NCBI GenBank assembly: GCA_018674175.1
Contig: JABHAT010000016.1
Coordinates: 215,058 to 279,057 of the forward strand
Reading direction: 5' to 3'
DNA from: Gammaproteobacteria bacterium
GTDB taxonomy: Bacteria; Pseudomonadota; Gammaproteobacteria; Poriferisulfidales; GCA-002705445
DNA length: 64,000 nt
Shown: one piece after another, positions 38,746 to 49,109 of the stretch
Numbering within the stretch: the stretch's first letter is position 1
Layout of the letters: every line of letters begins with the position of its first letter
Translations under genes and position numbers: made by a program
Notes under the pieces: model-generated
What the model was told of the DNA's origin: nothing
What the model saw: the letters and a program-made list of their open reading frames with translations, nothing else
The model's database searches: none

Positions 38746-39426
38746 CTAACCTATTTTGTCTAGTAATTTTTCTATTTCAGAAAAATTTCTTACAGTATAC
38801 TTTTCATTTGCATCATTTTCTATAATATCATCATGGTTTATCCATATATAATTTATATTAACAGACTTTGCTCCCATTACATCTTTATCAAAACTGTCTC
38901 CTATATGAATCATCTCTTCTGGCTTGCAATTAGCTGCACTTAGTGCAGCTGTAAATATTTCAGATTTTGGCTTCATATGCCCTACATCAGATGCTTTAAT
39001 CTCAAAATCAAAATATTTATCAATACCAATCTTTTGCAATGATGCATTTCCATTAGTTATAGTTCCAAGTAAATATTTTTTTTTAAGCTCTTCTAATGTG
39101 TCCTCTACACCATTAAATAAGGTAACATTATTTCTATACTCCATGAAATAATTAAAAGCTTTTAATGGCATATCATCTGGAAGATTATATAAATCTTTTA
39201 GATGTGAGTATGCTTTAATTCTTATTTTTGTTAAATCATGTTTTATATCTGGATTTTCTAATGAAGTTTGCTTCATCAGCTTTCTTAATAATTCAATATT
39301 AAATTTTTCAGATACTGTCGGGTAATTAGAATCGAGCCACTTTTGAAAAAAAATTTCTGCCCTAGTTATCACAGGTTCAATTTTCCAAAGTGTATCATCT
39401 AAATCAAAAGTGATACATTTAATCAT
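38746..39426 (-). CDS. HAD-IA family hydrolase/phosphatase
   Basis: 226-aa ORF with the ITFDLDDTLW motif I, GTITNG motif II and IGDSFDKDV motif IV. Confidence 0.85.
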   Translation of the reverse strand: MIKCITFDLDDTLWKIEPVITRAEIFFQKWLDSNYPTVSEKFNIELLRKLMKQTSLENPDIKHDLTKIRIKAYSHLKDLYNLPDDMPLKAFNYFMEYRNNVTLFNGVEDTLEELKKKYLLGTITNGNASLQKIGIDKYFDFEIKASDVGHMKPKSEIFTAALSAANCKPEEMIHIGDSFDKDVMGAKSVNINYIWINHDDIIENDANEKYTVRNFSEIEKLLDKIG

Positions 39427-39435
39427 ATTTAAATT

Positions 39436-40320
39436 TTAGTCCGTTAATATTCTATTTAAATCTTTATATTTTTCAAAAGTTTTACAAACTATGTCATCGG
39501 GTAGTTCTGGGGGTGGCATACTGTCATCCCAAGATATACTTTTTACATAGTCTCTTATAAATTGTTTATCAAGACTCTCTGGGCTAACACCCTCTTGGTA
39601 AGATTCAGATATCCAGAATCTTGAAGAATCGGAAGTTAATACTTCATCCATTAACACTAAGTTACCATTATCACATAACCCAAATTCAAACTTAGTATCT
39701 GCTAAAATAATGTTTTTAGTAATTAAATAATCTGACGCTTTTTTAAAAATTTTAAAACTTATTTCTTTAATTTTTTCTGACATATCTTGACCTACTACTT
39801 CAGACATTTTTTCAAAACTTATATTTACATCATGGCTTCCTATTTCTGCTTTAGATGAAGGTGTAAATAATAGTTCTGGCAACTTAGATGCCATCTTTAA
39901 GTTTTTTGGTAACTCAATATTACAAATAGACCCACTTGATAAATATTCAGAATAACCAGATCCAATTAAATAATTTCTTACAATTGATTCAATTGGTAGC
40001 GGCTTGAGTCTTTTCGCAATTACTGATCTTCCCTCTATTTGATCATACTCTTCATCGCTTATTTTTAAATCTCCAATACTCATATTTGTAAGATGATTGT
40101 CGACTAATTTGTTAAATTTTTTAAACCAATAGTTTGAAACATTATTTAAAATTATTCCTTTCTCAGGAATAGGTGTTGGCAAAATTACATCAAATACTGA
40201 TACTCTATCTGTAGATACTATAAGCATATTCTCACCATCAATTTCGTAAATATCCCTAACCTTTCCTTCATAGATTTTTTTTAGGCTCTGAATATTAGAT
40301 GTATGTAGCGTAGTTTTCAT
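39436..40320 (-). CDS. purC: phosphoribosylaminoimidazole-succinocarboxamide synthase (long type)
   Basis: 294-aa ORF with YEGKVRDIY, STDRVSVFD and ADTKFEFG motifs. Confidence 0.94.
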   Translation of the reverse strand: MKTTLHTSNIQSLKKIYEGKVRDIYEIDGENMLIVSTDRVSVFDVILPTPIPEKGIILNNVSNYWFKKFNKLVDNHLTNMSIGDLKISDEEYDQIEGRSVIAKRLKPLPIESIVRNYLIGSGYSEYLSSGSICNIELPKNLKMASKLPELLFTPSSKAEIGSHDVNISFEKMSEVVGQDMSEKIKEISFKIFKKASDYLITKNIILADTKFEFGLCDNGNLVLMDEVLTSDSSRFWISESYQEGVSPESLDKQFIRDYVKSISWDDSMPPPELPDDIVCKTFEKYKDLNRILTD

Positions 40321-40418
40321 AAATTTACTTTAATATAGTATATTTAAATTAATTTCATTATATGGATAGCTATAGCTTTATATATTATAATATCATATTT
40401 ACTAATAGAGGTAATAAT

Positions 40419-40913
40419 ATGACTGATAGCAAAAATCCAATTATTGGCGTTGTAATGGGAAGTGATAGTGATTGGCCAATAATGAAACTAGCTACAGAAA
40501 TGTTGAATGATTTTAATGTTCCATATGAATCTAAGATTGTATCTGCTCATAGAACCCCTGATATTATGTATGAATATGCTGAAGCCGCTAAAAGTAGAGG
40601 TATTAAATGTATTATTGCTGGTGCTGGTGGTGCTGCTCATTTACCAGGTATGCTCGCCGCTAAAACAGAAATCCCAATATTGGGTGTTCCGATACCAACA
40701 AAACACCTAGAAGGCAATGATTCTTTATTATCAATAGTACAAATGCCTAAAGGAGTTCCAGTAGCTACTTTTGCAATTGGAGAAGCTGGTGCTGCAAATT
40801 CTGCTTTATTTGCAATAGCAATGCTGTCGAATAATGATGAGACATTGGCAAATAAACTTATAGAGTTTAGAAAAGCACAAAAAAATAAAGTAATAAATGC
40901 AAAATTAAAATAA
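40419..40913 (+). CDS. purE: 5-(carboxyamino)imidazole ribonucleotide mutase
   Basis: VMGSDSDW and [10 protein letters not shown] motifs. AGAGG at 40407-40411 is an SD for ATG 40419 ([11 protein letters not shown]). The track start at 40362 adds an implausible 19-aa leader. Confidence 0.94.
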   Translation: MTDSKNPIIGVVMGSDSDWPIMKLATEMLNDFNVPYESKIVSAHRTPDIMYEYAEAAKSRGIKCIIAGAGGAAHLPGMLAAKTEIPILGVPIPTKHLEGNDSLLSIVQMPKGVPVATFAIGEAGAANSALFAIAMLSNNDETLANKLIEFRKAQKNKVINAKLK

Positions 40914-40920
40914 ATAAATT

Positions 40921-42036
40921 ATGCAAGAAAAAAAAATAATTGCCATGTTAGGCGGCGGACAATTAGGGCTTATGTTTACTGAAAAAGCTCAGATGATGGG
41001 AGAGAAGGTTTTAATTCTTGATCCAGATCCTGATTGCCCTGCAGGAAAAATAGCAGATAAATTCATTAATGCAGACTACTCAAACATAGAAGCGCTGAAA
41101 ATAATTATAGATAATTGTGATGTTTGCACAACAGAATTTGAAAATATACCCTATAAAACTCTTGAGATATTAGAAAAAAAAATAAAAGTTTTCCCAAATT
41201 CCAATGCTCTAAGAATATCGCAAAATAGAACTTTAGAAAAAAAATTCTTAAATAAATTAAATATACCAATAGCTGAATATTATGAGATTAATTCGAAAGA
41301 TCAATTAGAGTTACTGAAAAATATTAATAATTGGCCATATATCTTAAAAACATCTACATTTGGTTATGACGGTAAAGGCCAAACAATAGTAAATAATTTT
41401 AATGAATTAAAAGATTCCTATAGTGAACAAGATTCAACTAGTTTTGTTTTAGAGGAAAAAGTCTCTCTAAAAAAAGAAGTTTCCCAAGTTGCTGCCTGTT
41501 ATAATGATGGAATAGTTTTTTTACCAATAAGTGAGAATATTCATATAAATAATATTTTACATAAATCTTTAGTTCCAGCTTCAATACCGCAAGATTCAAT
41601 TAAAATTATAAAAGATATAACCAAAAAAATTTCTAGCAACTTAAGCTATAAAGGTATTTTATGTATTGAATTCTTTATAGACAATAACGATAAAATTTTA
41701 GTTAATGAAATAGCTCCTAGAACACATAACAGTGGGCACTACTCAATTGAAGGTTGTAATATTTCTCAATTTGAACATCAAGTGAAGATTTTAACTAATC
41801 AAAAACCCATCCACTCAACACTGATTTCTTCATCAGTAATGTTAAATTTGCTTGGTGACTTGTGGGCTAAAGGCAGTCCTGATTTTAGTGAAGCTAATAA
41901 AAAAAATATTTTTTTGCATTTGTATAATAAAAGCGGGGCTAAAAATGGTCGCAAGATGGGGCATATAACAATTATGGAAGATACTCTTATTGCTAGTAAT
42001 AATAAGGCTGAAGAATTATTTAAAAAGCTAAACTAA
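40921..42036 (+). CDS. purK: 5-(carboxyamino)imidazole ribonucleotide synthase
   Basis: 371-aa ATP-grasp ORF (LGGGQLG, YDGKGQ, NEIAPRTHNSGH) following purE. Confidence 0.93.
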   Translation: MQEKKIIAMLGGGQLGLMFTEKAQMMGEKVLILDPDPDCPAGKIADKFINADYSNIEALKIIIDNCDVCTTEFENIPYKTLEILEKKIKVFPNSNALRISQNRTLEKKFLNKLNIPIAEYYEINSKDQLELLKNINNWPYILKTSTFGYDGKGQTIVNNFNELKDSYSEQDSTSFVLEEKVSLKKEVSQVAACYNDGIVFLPISENIHINNILHKSLVPASIPQDSIKIIKDITKKISSNLSYKGILCIEFFIDNNDKILVNEIAPRTHNSGHYSIEGCNISQFEHQVKILTNQKPIHSTLISSSVMLNLLGDLWAKGSPDFSEANKKNIFLHLYNKSGAKNGRKMGHITIMEDTLIASNNKAEELFKKLN

Positions 42037-43019
42037 TGAAGAGTTTTAAATCCTTAAAAGTTTCTTACATAAAAAATAAACATAGTTTTTTTTTAGAAAA
42101 TAATAATTTTAGGCAGTTAAAAAATGGTGAAGTTCTTGTAAAAGTTAAGTATTCAGGAATTAATTATAAAGATGCGATCTCAGTTACTGGTAAAAATAGA
42201 ATTATTAAGTGTGAAAGCTTGATTCCAGGATTGGATTTCTCTGGCACAGTCATTGAAAGTAATTCTAAGAATTTTTCAAAAGGACAAAAGGTTCTAGCTA
42301 CCGGTTCAGGTTTAGGAGAAGCAATTGATGGTGGTTTTACAGAATATGCTTATGTTTCGAATAAAATACTGATTCATATTCCAAATAACCTAACTCCTTT
42401 AAGTGCTATGCAGATTGGTACTGCAGGTTTTACAGCTGCAATAGCTATAGATAAGATGATATTAAATAAACAAAAAGTAAATTATGGTCCTATTTTAGTA
42501 ACTGGCGCGACTGGTAGTGTAGGTAGTATTTCGATAAATATATTAAATAATATTGGTTTTGAAACTATAGCTCTAACAAGAAAAATTAATTCTTTGCAGT
42601 ATTTAGAAGATATTGGAGCAAAAAAAATTATAAAATTTAATTCTAGTATGAATAAAAAAATACTTAATAATAAGTTTTTTGCAGGAGCAATAGATAATAT
42701 TGGTGGTGAAGTCTTAGATTGGATAATTAAAAGTACAAAAGATGATGGTAATATAGTTTCTGTGGGTATGGCCTCTGACTCAAAATTAAATACTACAGTT
42801 TTCCCTATGATAATGAGGAGTGTAAATATACTAGGGGTAAGCTCAACAAATTACTCTAGTAACAGAAAGACTGTGTGGAAAAAATTATCTTCAAATTATA
42901 AGCCTAAAAATCTTAATAAGATTAATACGCAGTGTATTGAATTAAAAGATGTCTTAAAGTTCTCAAAAAAAATTATTGCTGGAAAAAATATAGGAAAAGT
43001 AGTTGTAAAAATTTCCTAA
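42036..43019 (+). CDS. YhdH/AcuI-family NADPH-dependent quinone/acrylyl-CoA reductase (MDR superfamily)
   Basis: 327-aa ORF with SGINYKDA, IPGLDFSGTV, GTAGFTA and VTGATGSVGS, which parallel E. coli YhdH. The start ATG shares one nt with the purK stop (TAATG). Confidence 0.85.
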   Translation: MKSFKSLKVSYIKNKHSFFLENNNFRQLKNGEVLVKVKYSGINYKDAISVTGKNRIIKCESLIPGLDFSGTVIESNSKNFSKGQKVLATGSGLGEAIDGGFTEYAYVSNKILIHIPNNLTPLSAMQIGTAGFTAAIAIDKMILNKQKVNYGPILVTGATGSVGSISINILNNIGFETIALTRKINSLQYLEDIGAKKIIKFNSSMNKKILNNKFFAGAIDNIGGEVLDWIIKSTKDDGNIVSVGMASDSKLNTTVFPMIMRSVNILGVSSTNYSSNRKTVWKKLSSNYKPKNLNKINTQCIELKDVLKFSKKIIAGKNIGKVVVKIS

Positions 43020-43021
43020 AT

Positions 43022-45034
43022 TTATTTTTCTTGGTTATTAGTAAAAATAAAATCTTTTATTTTCTTCATTTCGTCTCTAATTCTTGATGCATCTTCAAAT
43101 TCTAAATTTGTAGCATGATCATACATTTTCTTCTCTAGCTTCTTAATTTTTTTCATTGCTGCAGCAGTGCTAATATCTTCATATTCTTCTAAAAATTTAT
43201 TATCGATATATTTTTTATCATTTTTTTCTAGTGGCTCTGCTTCCATTATGTCTGATATTAATTTACTTATACCTTTTGGAGTAATGCCATTTTCTTTATT
43301 GTGTAATACTTGCTTTTCTCTTCTTCTATCAGTCTCTTCTATTGTTCGTTCTATAGAGCCAGTAATTTTGTCTGCATATAGTATTGCTCTACCATTAATA
43401 TTTCTTGCCGCCCTCCCAATTGTTTGCATCAATGATCTATCAGTTCTTAAAAATCCCTCTTTATCAGCATCTAGTATAGCTACTAGTGATACTTCTGGTA
43501 TATCTAAACCTTCTCTTAATAAATTTATTCCAACTAAGACATCAAAATCTCCTAATCTAAGACCTCTTATTATTTCCACTCTCTCAACTGTATCTATATC
43601 TGAGTGGAGATACTTTACTTTTATATTATGTTCCTGCAAATAACTGGCCAAGTCCTCTGACATTTTCTTCGTAAGAGTTGTAACTAATACCCTTTCTTTT
43701 TTACTAATTACTTTTGCTATTTCACTCAATAGATCGTCAACTTGTGTTTCTGCCGGTCTTATTTCTATCTCTGGATCTATTAGTCCAGTTGGTCTAACTA
43801 CTTGTTCAGCAACTTGATCGGCTCGATCGATCTCATAATCTCCTGGTGTGGCAGATACATAAATTACTTGAGGTGATAATAATTCAAATTCTTCAAACAT
43901 TAATGGTCTATTGTCCAAAGCTGACGGCAGCCTAAATCCAAAGTCCACTAAAGTTTGCTTTCTTGATCTATCTCCTTTGTACATTCCTCTAAATTGAGGA
44001 ACAGTGACATGGCTTTCATCCATTATCATCAGCGCATTTGAAGGCATGTAATCTACTAAACATGGTGGTGCTTCGCCTGGATTTCTACCTGAAAGATATC
44101 TGGAGTAGTTTTCAATACCTGAACAATAACCAATCTCTTTTATCATCTCTAGATCAAATTTAGTTCTTTCTTCTAATCTTTGCGCCTCTACCAGCTTATT
44201 CTGAGCTCTAAATTCATTTAGCCTCACGTCTAACTCTAAACCTATATCATCAACTGCTTTTAATAAAACTTCTCTAGGTGTTACATAATGAGTTTTTGGG
44301 TAAATTGTAAGTCTAGGTACAGTCTTTACAATTTCTCCAGTTAAAAAATCAAAAAAACTAAGTTTTTCTATCTCATCGCCAAATAATTCTATTCTTACTG
44401 CTTCATTTTCAGAATCAGCAGGATGAATATCTATAATATCTCCATTAACTCTAAATGTGCCTCTTTTTAACTCTAGCTGATTTCTAGTATATTGTAATTC
44501 CGCCAGCCTTCTTAAAATTTTTCTTTGATCTATTATTTCTCCTCTTGATAAATGAAGAACCATATCCTGATATGATTTTGCATCTCCAAGACCATAAATT
44601 GAAGAAACCGATGCTACTATAATAGTATCATCTCTTTCAAATAAGGCTTTTGTTGCAGATAGGCGCATTTGCTCGATATGCTCGTTAATAGCAGCATCCT
44701 TCTCAATATAGCTATCTCTAGCAGGTACATATGCCTCGGGCTGATAATAGTCATAGTATGATACAAAGTATTCCACTGCATTATTTGGAAAATATTCTTT
44801 CATTTCCCCATATAACTGGGCTGCTAAGGTTTTATTTGGAGCTAAAACAATGGTCGGTCTTTGCAAATCCTGAACAATATTAGCAATCGTAAAGGTTTTT
44901 CCTGAGCCAGTAACTCCGAGCAAAACTTGAGAATTTAAACCAGATTCAAGTCCGTCAATTAATTTAGATATAGCCGCAGGCTGATCTCCAGCAGGGCCGT
45001 ATTTTGATACTAATTCAAACTTTTTTTTACTCAT
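43022..45034 (-). CDS. uvrB: excinuclease ABC subunit B
   Basis: 670-aa ORF with [15 protein letters not shown], helicase C motifs and the C-terminal UVR domain ([12 protein letters not shown]). Confidence 0.97.
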   Translation of the reverse strand: MSKKKFELVSKYGPAGDQPAAISKLIDGLESGLNSQVLLGVTGSGKTFTIANIVQDLQRPTIVLAPNKTLAAQLYGEMKEYFPNNAVEYFVSYYDYYQPEAYVPARDSYIEKDAAINEHIEQMRLSATKALFERDDTIIVASVSSIYGLGDAKSYQDMVLHLSRGEIIDQRKILRRLAELQYTRNQLELKRGTFRVNGDIIDIHPADSENEAVRIELFGDEIEKLSFFDFLTGEIVKTVPRLTIYPKTHYVTPREVLLKAVDDIGLELDVRLNEFRAQNKLVEAQRLEERTKFDLEMIKEIGYCSGIENYSRYLSGRNPGEAPPCLVDYMPSNALMIMDESHVTVPQFRGMYKGDRSRKQTLVDFGFRLPSALDNRPLMFEEFELLSPQVIYVSATPGDYEIDRADQVAEQVVRPTGLIDPEIEIRPAETQVDDLLSEIAKVISKKERVLVTTLTKKMSEDLASYLQEHNIKVKYLHSDIDTVERVEIIRGLRLGDFDVLVGINLLREGLDIPEVSLVAILDADKEGFLRTDRSLMQTIGRAARNINGRAILYADKITGSIERTIEETDRRREKQVLHNKENGITPKGISKLISDIMEAEPLEKNDKKYIDNKFLEEYEDISTAAAMKKIKKLEKKMYDHATNLEFEDASRIRDEMKKIKDFIFTNNQEK

Positions 45035-45134
45035 TTTAAATATATAAAAAAATTGTTTTTAATGAAGAATAGACTATGATTTAAGATTAGAATATCATAA
45101 TATCAGTGATAATTTATATAGTATATTTTTAATA

Positions 45135-46313
45135 ATGAAACTCTCAAAAAGAATCTCGAATACAAAAACTTCAGCAACGATAGCAATGAGTATGAAGGCT
45201 CGTGAATTAACTTTACAAGGTAAAGATATAATATCTTTGAGTGCGGGTGAACCTGACTTTGATACACCAAGGAATATAAAAAATGCTGCTATAGAGTCGA
45301 TAAATTCAGGAAATACAAAATATACGGCTGTTGATGGCATGCTCACTCTAAAAGAGTCAATAGTAAAAAAATTCAAAAATGAAAATAATTTAGAATATAC
45401 ACCTGATCAAATAATTGTATCTACTGGTTGCAAACAAAGTATTTACAATCTATGTCAAGCAACGCTAGATGAAGGCGACGAAGTTTTAATTCCTTCTCCT
45501 TACTGGGTTTCATATCCTGAGATTGTAAAATTATCTGATGCAGTGCCAGTTTTCGTAGAAACTAATAGTGAGACTGATTTTAAAGTAACAGGAAAAATGC
45601 TTGAAGATAATATTACAAAAAGAACTAAGATGATATTATTAAATAGTCCTTCAAATCCATCAGGTTTTATTTACTCACAAGAAGATTTAAAAGATATTGG
45701 AAGAGTTTTAAAAAAATATCCAAATATAATTATTGCATCTGATGATATATATGAACACATAATATTTAATGGCAAGAAATTTACGAATATTCTTAATGTA
45801 TGTCCAGAATTATATGATCAAACTATAGTTCTTAATGGTGTTTCAAAAGCTTATGCAATGACAGGCTGGAGGATAGGTTATGCCGCAGGAAATTCTACCA
45901 TTATTGGGGCTATGAAAAAAATTCAATCACAAAGCACATCTTGCACATGTTCGATATCACAAGCAGCAGCTAAAGCTGCCTTGGACGATGATAATAGTGA
46001 AGTTACTAAAATGGTTAGTGAATATCAATTGAGGTCTGAGTACCTGCATACAGAATTAAATAAAATTGAAGGAATAAAGTATAAAAAACCAGAAGGTTCT
46101 TTTTATGCTTTCGTAGATGTTAATGGACTGATAAATAAAATCGAAAATATTAATGATGATTTTGAACTAGCAGAATATTTTTTAAGAGAAGCAGATATTG
46201 CTGTTGTACCTGGCACTGCTTTTGGCTCAAAAAATCATATAAGAATTTCTTTTGCAACAAGTTTGGTGAATTTAGAAAAGGCGGTATGTAGAATAAAAAA
46301 TTTGTTATCTTAA
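45135..46313 (+). CDS. aspartate/aromatic aminotransferase (class I PLP)
   Basis: 392-aa ORF with SAGEPDFDTP, NSPSNPSG and VSKAYAMTGWRIGY (PLP Lys). It is divergent from uvrB, as I recall for Pseudomonas. Confidence 0.9.
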   Translation: MKLSKRISNTKTSATIAMSMKARELTLQGKDIISLSAGEPDFDTPRNIKNAAIESINSGNTKYTAVDGMLTLKESIVKKFKNENNLEYTPDQIIVSTGCKQSIYNLCQATLDEGDEVLIPSPYWVSYPEIVKLSDAVPVFVETNSETDFKVTGKMLEDNITKRTKMILLNSPSNPSGFIYSQEDLKDIGRVLKKYPNIIIASDDIYEHIIFNGKKFTNILNVCPELYDQTIVLNGVSKAYAMTGWRIGYAAGNSTIIGAMKKIQSQSTSCTCSISQAAAKAALDDDNSEVTKMVSEYQLRSEYLHTELNKIEGIKYKKPEGSFYAFVDVNGLINKIENINDDFELAEYFLREADIAVVPGTAFGSKNHIRISFATSLVNLEKAVCRIKNLLS

Positions 46314-47099
46314 TTTTGTAATTTTTCTCAATACGCCATCCCAAAGGCCTATTCTTTTATCAATAGATATGATGGCATACTCTATTGCCTCGTCGTATAT
46401 TTCTTGATTGTTATCACATGTGTGTTCAAATAATTTAAGTGATAGAGGTCCATGTCTTGAACTATCAATTTCAATATGTCTATTTATATATAATCTAAGA
46501 TTTGAAAATGATAAATTATTACTATCAATCTTATTTAAAATTTTTATAAACATGTCTGGTATTGTAGTTTCTCTACCATATGTAAATATGGCGGCAATAT
46601 TTGAAATTTTATTTGTACTTAAACAATCAAACGTACTTCTTACAAACTCTAAACTTTCTTGCGGAATATCAATACCATTTATGTTTTCAGATAAAGTATT
46701 AGAATTACCACAATATTTACCTATAAATTTATTTATGTTCTCTGTATTTGCATCAATATCTTTCATTGCCATAATATAAAGATCAAAATGTGAAAAAAAT
46801 CTACCATTTTTATCTTTATCAGACTCCTCAGAAAAAGTTATTTCATTAATTAAATGCGCAATACCATTTTTTGTATATTTACTTGGCGCCCAAGGGTATC
46901 CTGATGGACATATATGATGCTGAAGTTCTTTAACAATACTCATAAAATCCCATACAGCAAAAACATGGTATTCCATAAATATTTTTAATTCTTCTTTAGT
47001 GAATTTTTTTTCTTTTTTAAATAGTAAGTGAGAATTAAGTTCATTAATTCTTTTTTTTAAAATTAAAAAATTTTCTGTATTTTTCTGCACAATTAACAT
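46305..47099 (-). CDS. DUF3050-like protein (heme-oxygenase-like helical fold), function unknown
   Basis: 264-aa ORF. FMEYHVFAVWDFMSIVKELQ and NRHIEIDSSRHG resemble the DUF3050 family as I recall it. It is helical with no TM segment and lies 12 nt downstream of the hydrolase gene. Confidence 0.6.
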   Translation of the reverse strand: MLIVQKNTENFLILKKRINELNSHLLFKKEKKFTKEELKIFMEYHVFAVWDFMSIVKELQHHICPSGYPWAPSKYTKNGIAHLINEITFSEESDKDKNGRFFSHFDLYIMAMKDIDANTENINKFIGKYCGNSNTLSENINGIDIPQESLEFVRSTFDCLSTNKISNIAAIFTYGRETTIPDMFIKILNKIDSNNLSFSNLRLYINRHIEIDSSRHGPLSLKLFEHTCDNNQEIYDEAIEYAIISIDKRIGLWDGVLRKITKLR

Positions 47100-47111
47100 T
47101 TTAAATATTAA

Positions 47112-48065
47112 TTAGTCTATTGGAATATCTAAATTTCTATATTGACTATCGTTTTTTTTTGTATTAAGTACGTCTTTATCAGTACCTAAAAATTCTCTCA
47201 TATGCTTGTGACTTTCATTAACAGCTTTTTGGCTATGTCCAACCGTATGTCCCTGATATGATTGAATATCCATCATACTATCGAAACCATGGTAAGCACC
47301 GCTCAAGACATGCAATGTATAGTTTTTTGGCTCTGTTGCAAGCATCTTTTTACATCTATCTGCTGGCGTCCAAGTATCGCTTTCTCCAACTATTATCATT
47401 AATTTTGTATATGTTGTGTTAGTTTTTGTATAAAAACCAGGGCACCAAGGAGCAAATGCTATTGCATATTTAAATGGATTTTCATTGTTTCCCATAGAAT
47501 CATATAATGAGTCTAAGACAGCTGTTCCTCCATGAGAAAAGCCAAAAACTGAAATAGAATTTTTATTTATGTTTTTAAAATTTCTCTGTATATGCTTTTT
47601 AGTTGTATGTGCATCAATTGCTCTTTGAAAAGTTGGCACTCTATAATAATCTTTACATACATTATCAACTCCTCTTGATCTTAAACTATCAATAACTACA
47701 AACATATAGTTCCAAGAAATAAATTTTCTAGCCCACTGGGTCTGCCTTCCCATTACTCCATTGCATCCGTGAAGGTCTATAATTGCACTACTAGGTATAA
47801 CGTTTTTTGGCGTGTAGATAATGATTTTAATATTAGATTTTTTTTTAAGATATTTAATTTCGATTTTATAATCACTCTTGATATTTTCATTATATTCTGT
47901 TTTTTGAAAATCTGTCCATATCTTAAGAGAATCATTTGCGGTGACATTATTAACTGAAATTACATCGTGGTTATGACTCATCAATTGCCTGTCTTTTAGT
48001 GATAAATTGTGAGAGTACGCTGTACCCATATTTAACACTAAAAATAATAAAATATATTTTGTCAT
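47112..48065 (-). CDS. secreted alpha/beta hydrolase, dienelactone-hydrolase-like
   Basis: 317-aa ORF with signal peptide MTKYILLFLVLNMGTAYS, HGCNG, nucleophile elbow GFSHGG, and later D (GESDTW) and H (GAYHGF) triad candidates. Confidence 0.75.
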   Translation of the reverse strand: MTKYILLFLVLNMGTAYSHNLSLKDRQLMSHNHDVISVNNVTANDSLKIWTDFQKTEYNENIKSDYKIEIKYLKKKSNIKIIIYTPKNVIPSSAIIDLHGCNGVMGRQTQWARKFISWNYMFVVIDSLRSRGVDNVCKDYYRVPTFQRAIDAHTTKKHIQRNFKNINKNSISVFGFSHGGTAVLDSLYDSMGNNENPFKYAIAFAPWCPGFYTKTNTTYTKLMIIVGESDTWTPADRCKKMLATEPKNYTLHVLSGAYHGFDSMMDIQSYQGHTVGHSQKAVNESHKHMREFLGTDKDVLNTKKNDSQYRNLDIPID

Positions 48066-48095
48066 AAATTTTTACTTATAATATGTGGAATAACA

Positions 48096-48124
48096 TTATC
48101 AATATATAAAAATATACGTATAAT
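48096..48124 (+). promoter_or_regulatory. candidate sigma-70 promoter for tRNA-Asn
   Basis: TTATCA (48096-48101), a 17-nt spacer, then TATAAT (48119-48124). The predicted TSS is about 10 nt before the tRNA 5' end. Confidence 0.4.
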
Positions 48125-48141
48125 AACAATTCACTGTATAT

Positions 48142-48217
48142 TCCCCTGTAGCTCAGTTGGTAGAGCGGGTGACTGTTAATCACTAGGTCGGCGGTTCGAG
48201 CCCGTCCGGGGGAGCCA
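48142..48217 (+). tRNA. tRNA-Asn (anticodon GUU)
   Basis: 76-nt cloverleaf folded by hand. Acceptor stem is TCCCCTG/CGGGGGA. D arm is GCTC-AGTTGGTA-GAGC. The anticodon stem GGTGA/TCACT carries loop CTGTTAA. T arm is GGCGG-TTCGAGC-CCGTC. The discriminator is G and CCA is encoded. Confidence 0.95.
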
Positions 48218-48222
48218 TTTCA

Positions 48223-49104
48223 TTATTTTATATTCAAATTCTTTATATAATCCCTTAAATCTTTAGATAACTCTTTATGATTTAGTCCATACTCTATTGT
48301 GGCCTTCAAAAACCCTAGTTTATTCCCACAATCAAATCTTTTTCCCTCAAATTCATATGCATAAACTTTTTCGTTAGCAATCTGCGTAGCTATAGCATCT
48401 GTAAGCTGAATCTCACCGCCAGCACCTTCTTTTGTATTTTCTAAAATATTAAAGATTGATGGTTTTAAAATATATCTTCCAACAACACCCATGTCGCTAG
48501 GTGCCAAATTATTGTCTGGTTTCTCAACAATATTTGATAATAACCAGTCTCTTTCATTATGCTTTATTCCGTCAATCACTCCGTATTTATGTAAGAATTT
48601 TTTTTCTACTTTTTCTACTGCAATAATACTTGAATTTAAGTCACTAAATCTATTTACCATCTGACTTAGGCAGCTCTTAGCAGATAAAATCATATCGTCT
48701 GCTAAAATAACTGCAAAAGGATTATTGCCAACTGCTGGCTTTGCACAGAGGACAGCGTGTCCTAAACCTAAAGCTTCATTTTGTCTTATATAAATACACT
48801 TTACATGACTTGGTATTATATTTTGAATCATTTCTAACTCTTTTTTTCTATTTTTTATTTTTAGCTCAGACTCAATTTCATACGCCTTATTAAAATGATT
48901 TTCAATACTAGTTTTATTTCTTCCCGTGATAAATACTAAATTTTCTATTCCTGAATTTACAGCCTCTTCAACAGCATACTGAATTAACGGCTTATCGACT
49001 ATAGGTAGCATTTCTTTTGGGCTTGCTTTCGTTGCAGGTAAAAATCTAGTTCCCATACCCGCAACAGGGAAAACGGCTATTTTTAAATTATTATTATTTT
49101 GCAT
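48223..49104 (-). CDS. galU: UTP--glucose-1-phosphate uridylyltransferase
   Basis: 293-aa ORF with FPVAGMGTRFLPATKASPKEMLP and VEKP motifs. Confidence 0.95.
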   Translation of the reverse strand: MQNNNNLKIAVFPVAGMGTRFLPATKASPKEMLPIVDKPLIQYAVEEAVNSGIENLVFITGRNKTSIENHFNKAYEIESELKIKNRKKELEMIQNIIPSHVKCIYIRQNEALGLGHAVLCAKPAVGNNPFAVILADDMILSAKSCLSQMVNRFSDLNSSIIAVEKVEKKFLHKYGVIDGIKHNERDWLLSNIVEKPDNNLAPSDMGVVGRYILKPSIFNILENTKEGAGGEIQLTDAIATQIANEKVYAYEFEGKRFDCGNKLGFLKATIEYGLNHKELSKDLRDYIKNLNIK

Positions 49105-49109
49105 TTATT

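Noticed and set aside
40362-40418. 19-aa N-terminal extension of purE in the ORF track ([19 protein letters not shown]).
   Set aside because: The extension has no counterpart in PurE. AGAGG at 40407-40411 provides an RBS for ATG 40419, where the conserved N-terminus begins.
45035-45134. LexA/SOS box upstream of uvrB.
   Set aside because: There is no CTGT-N8-ACAG palindrome. Only a weak TATGAT...ATCATA inverted repeat (45075-45099) and a short ATATCA direct repeat occur, both unremarkable in AT-rich DNA.
46305-48217. Possible genomic islet at tRNA-Asn (DUF3050 + esterase adjacent to the tRNA).
   Set aside because: There is no integrase or mobility gene. I spotted no direct repeat of the GC-rich tRNA 3' end elsewhere in the window. 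The genes lie on the 5' side of the tRNA, and their composition looks like the rest of the window.
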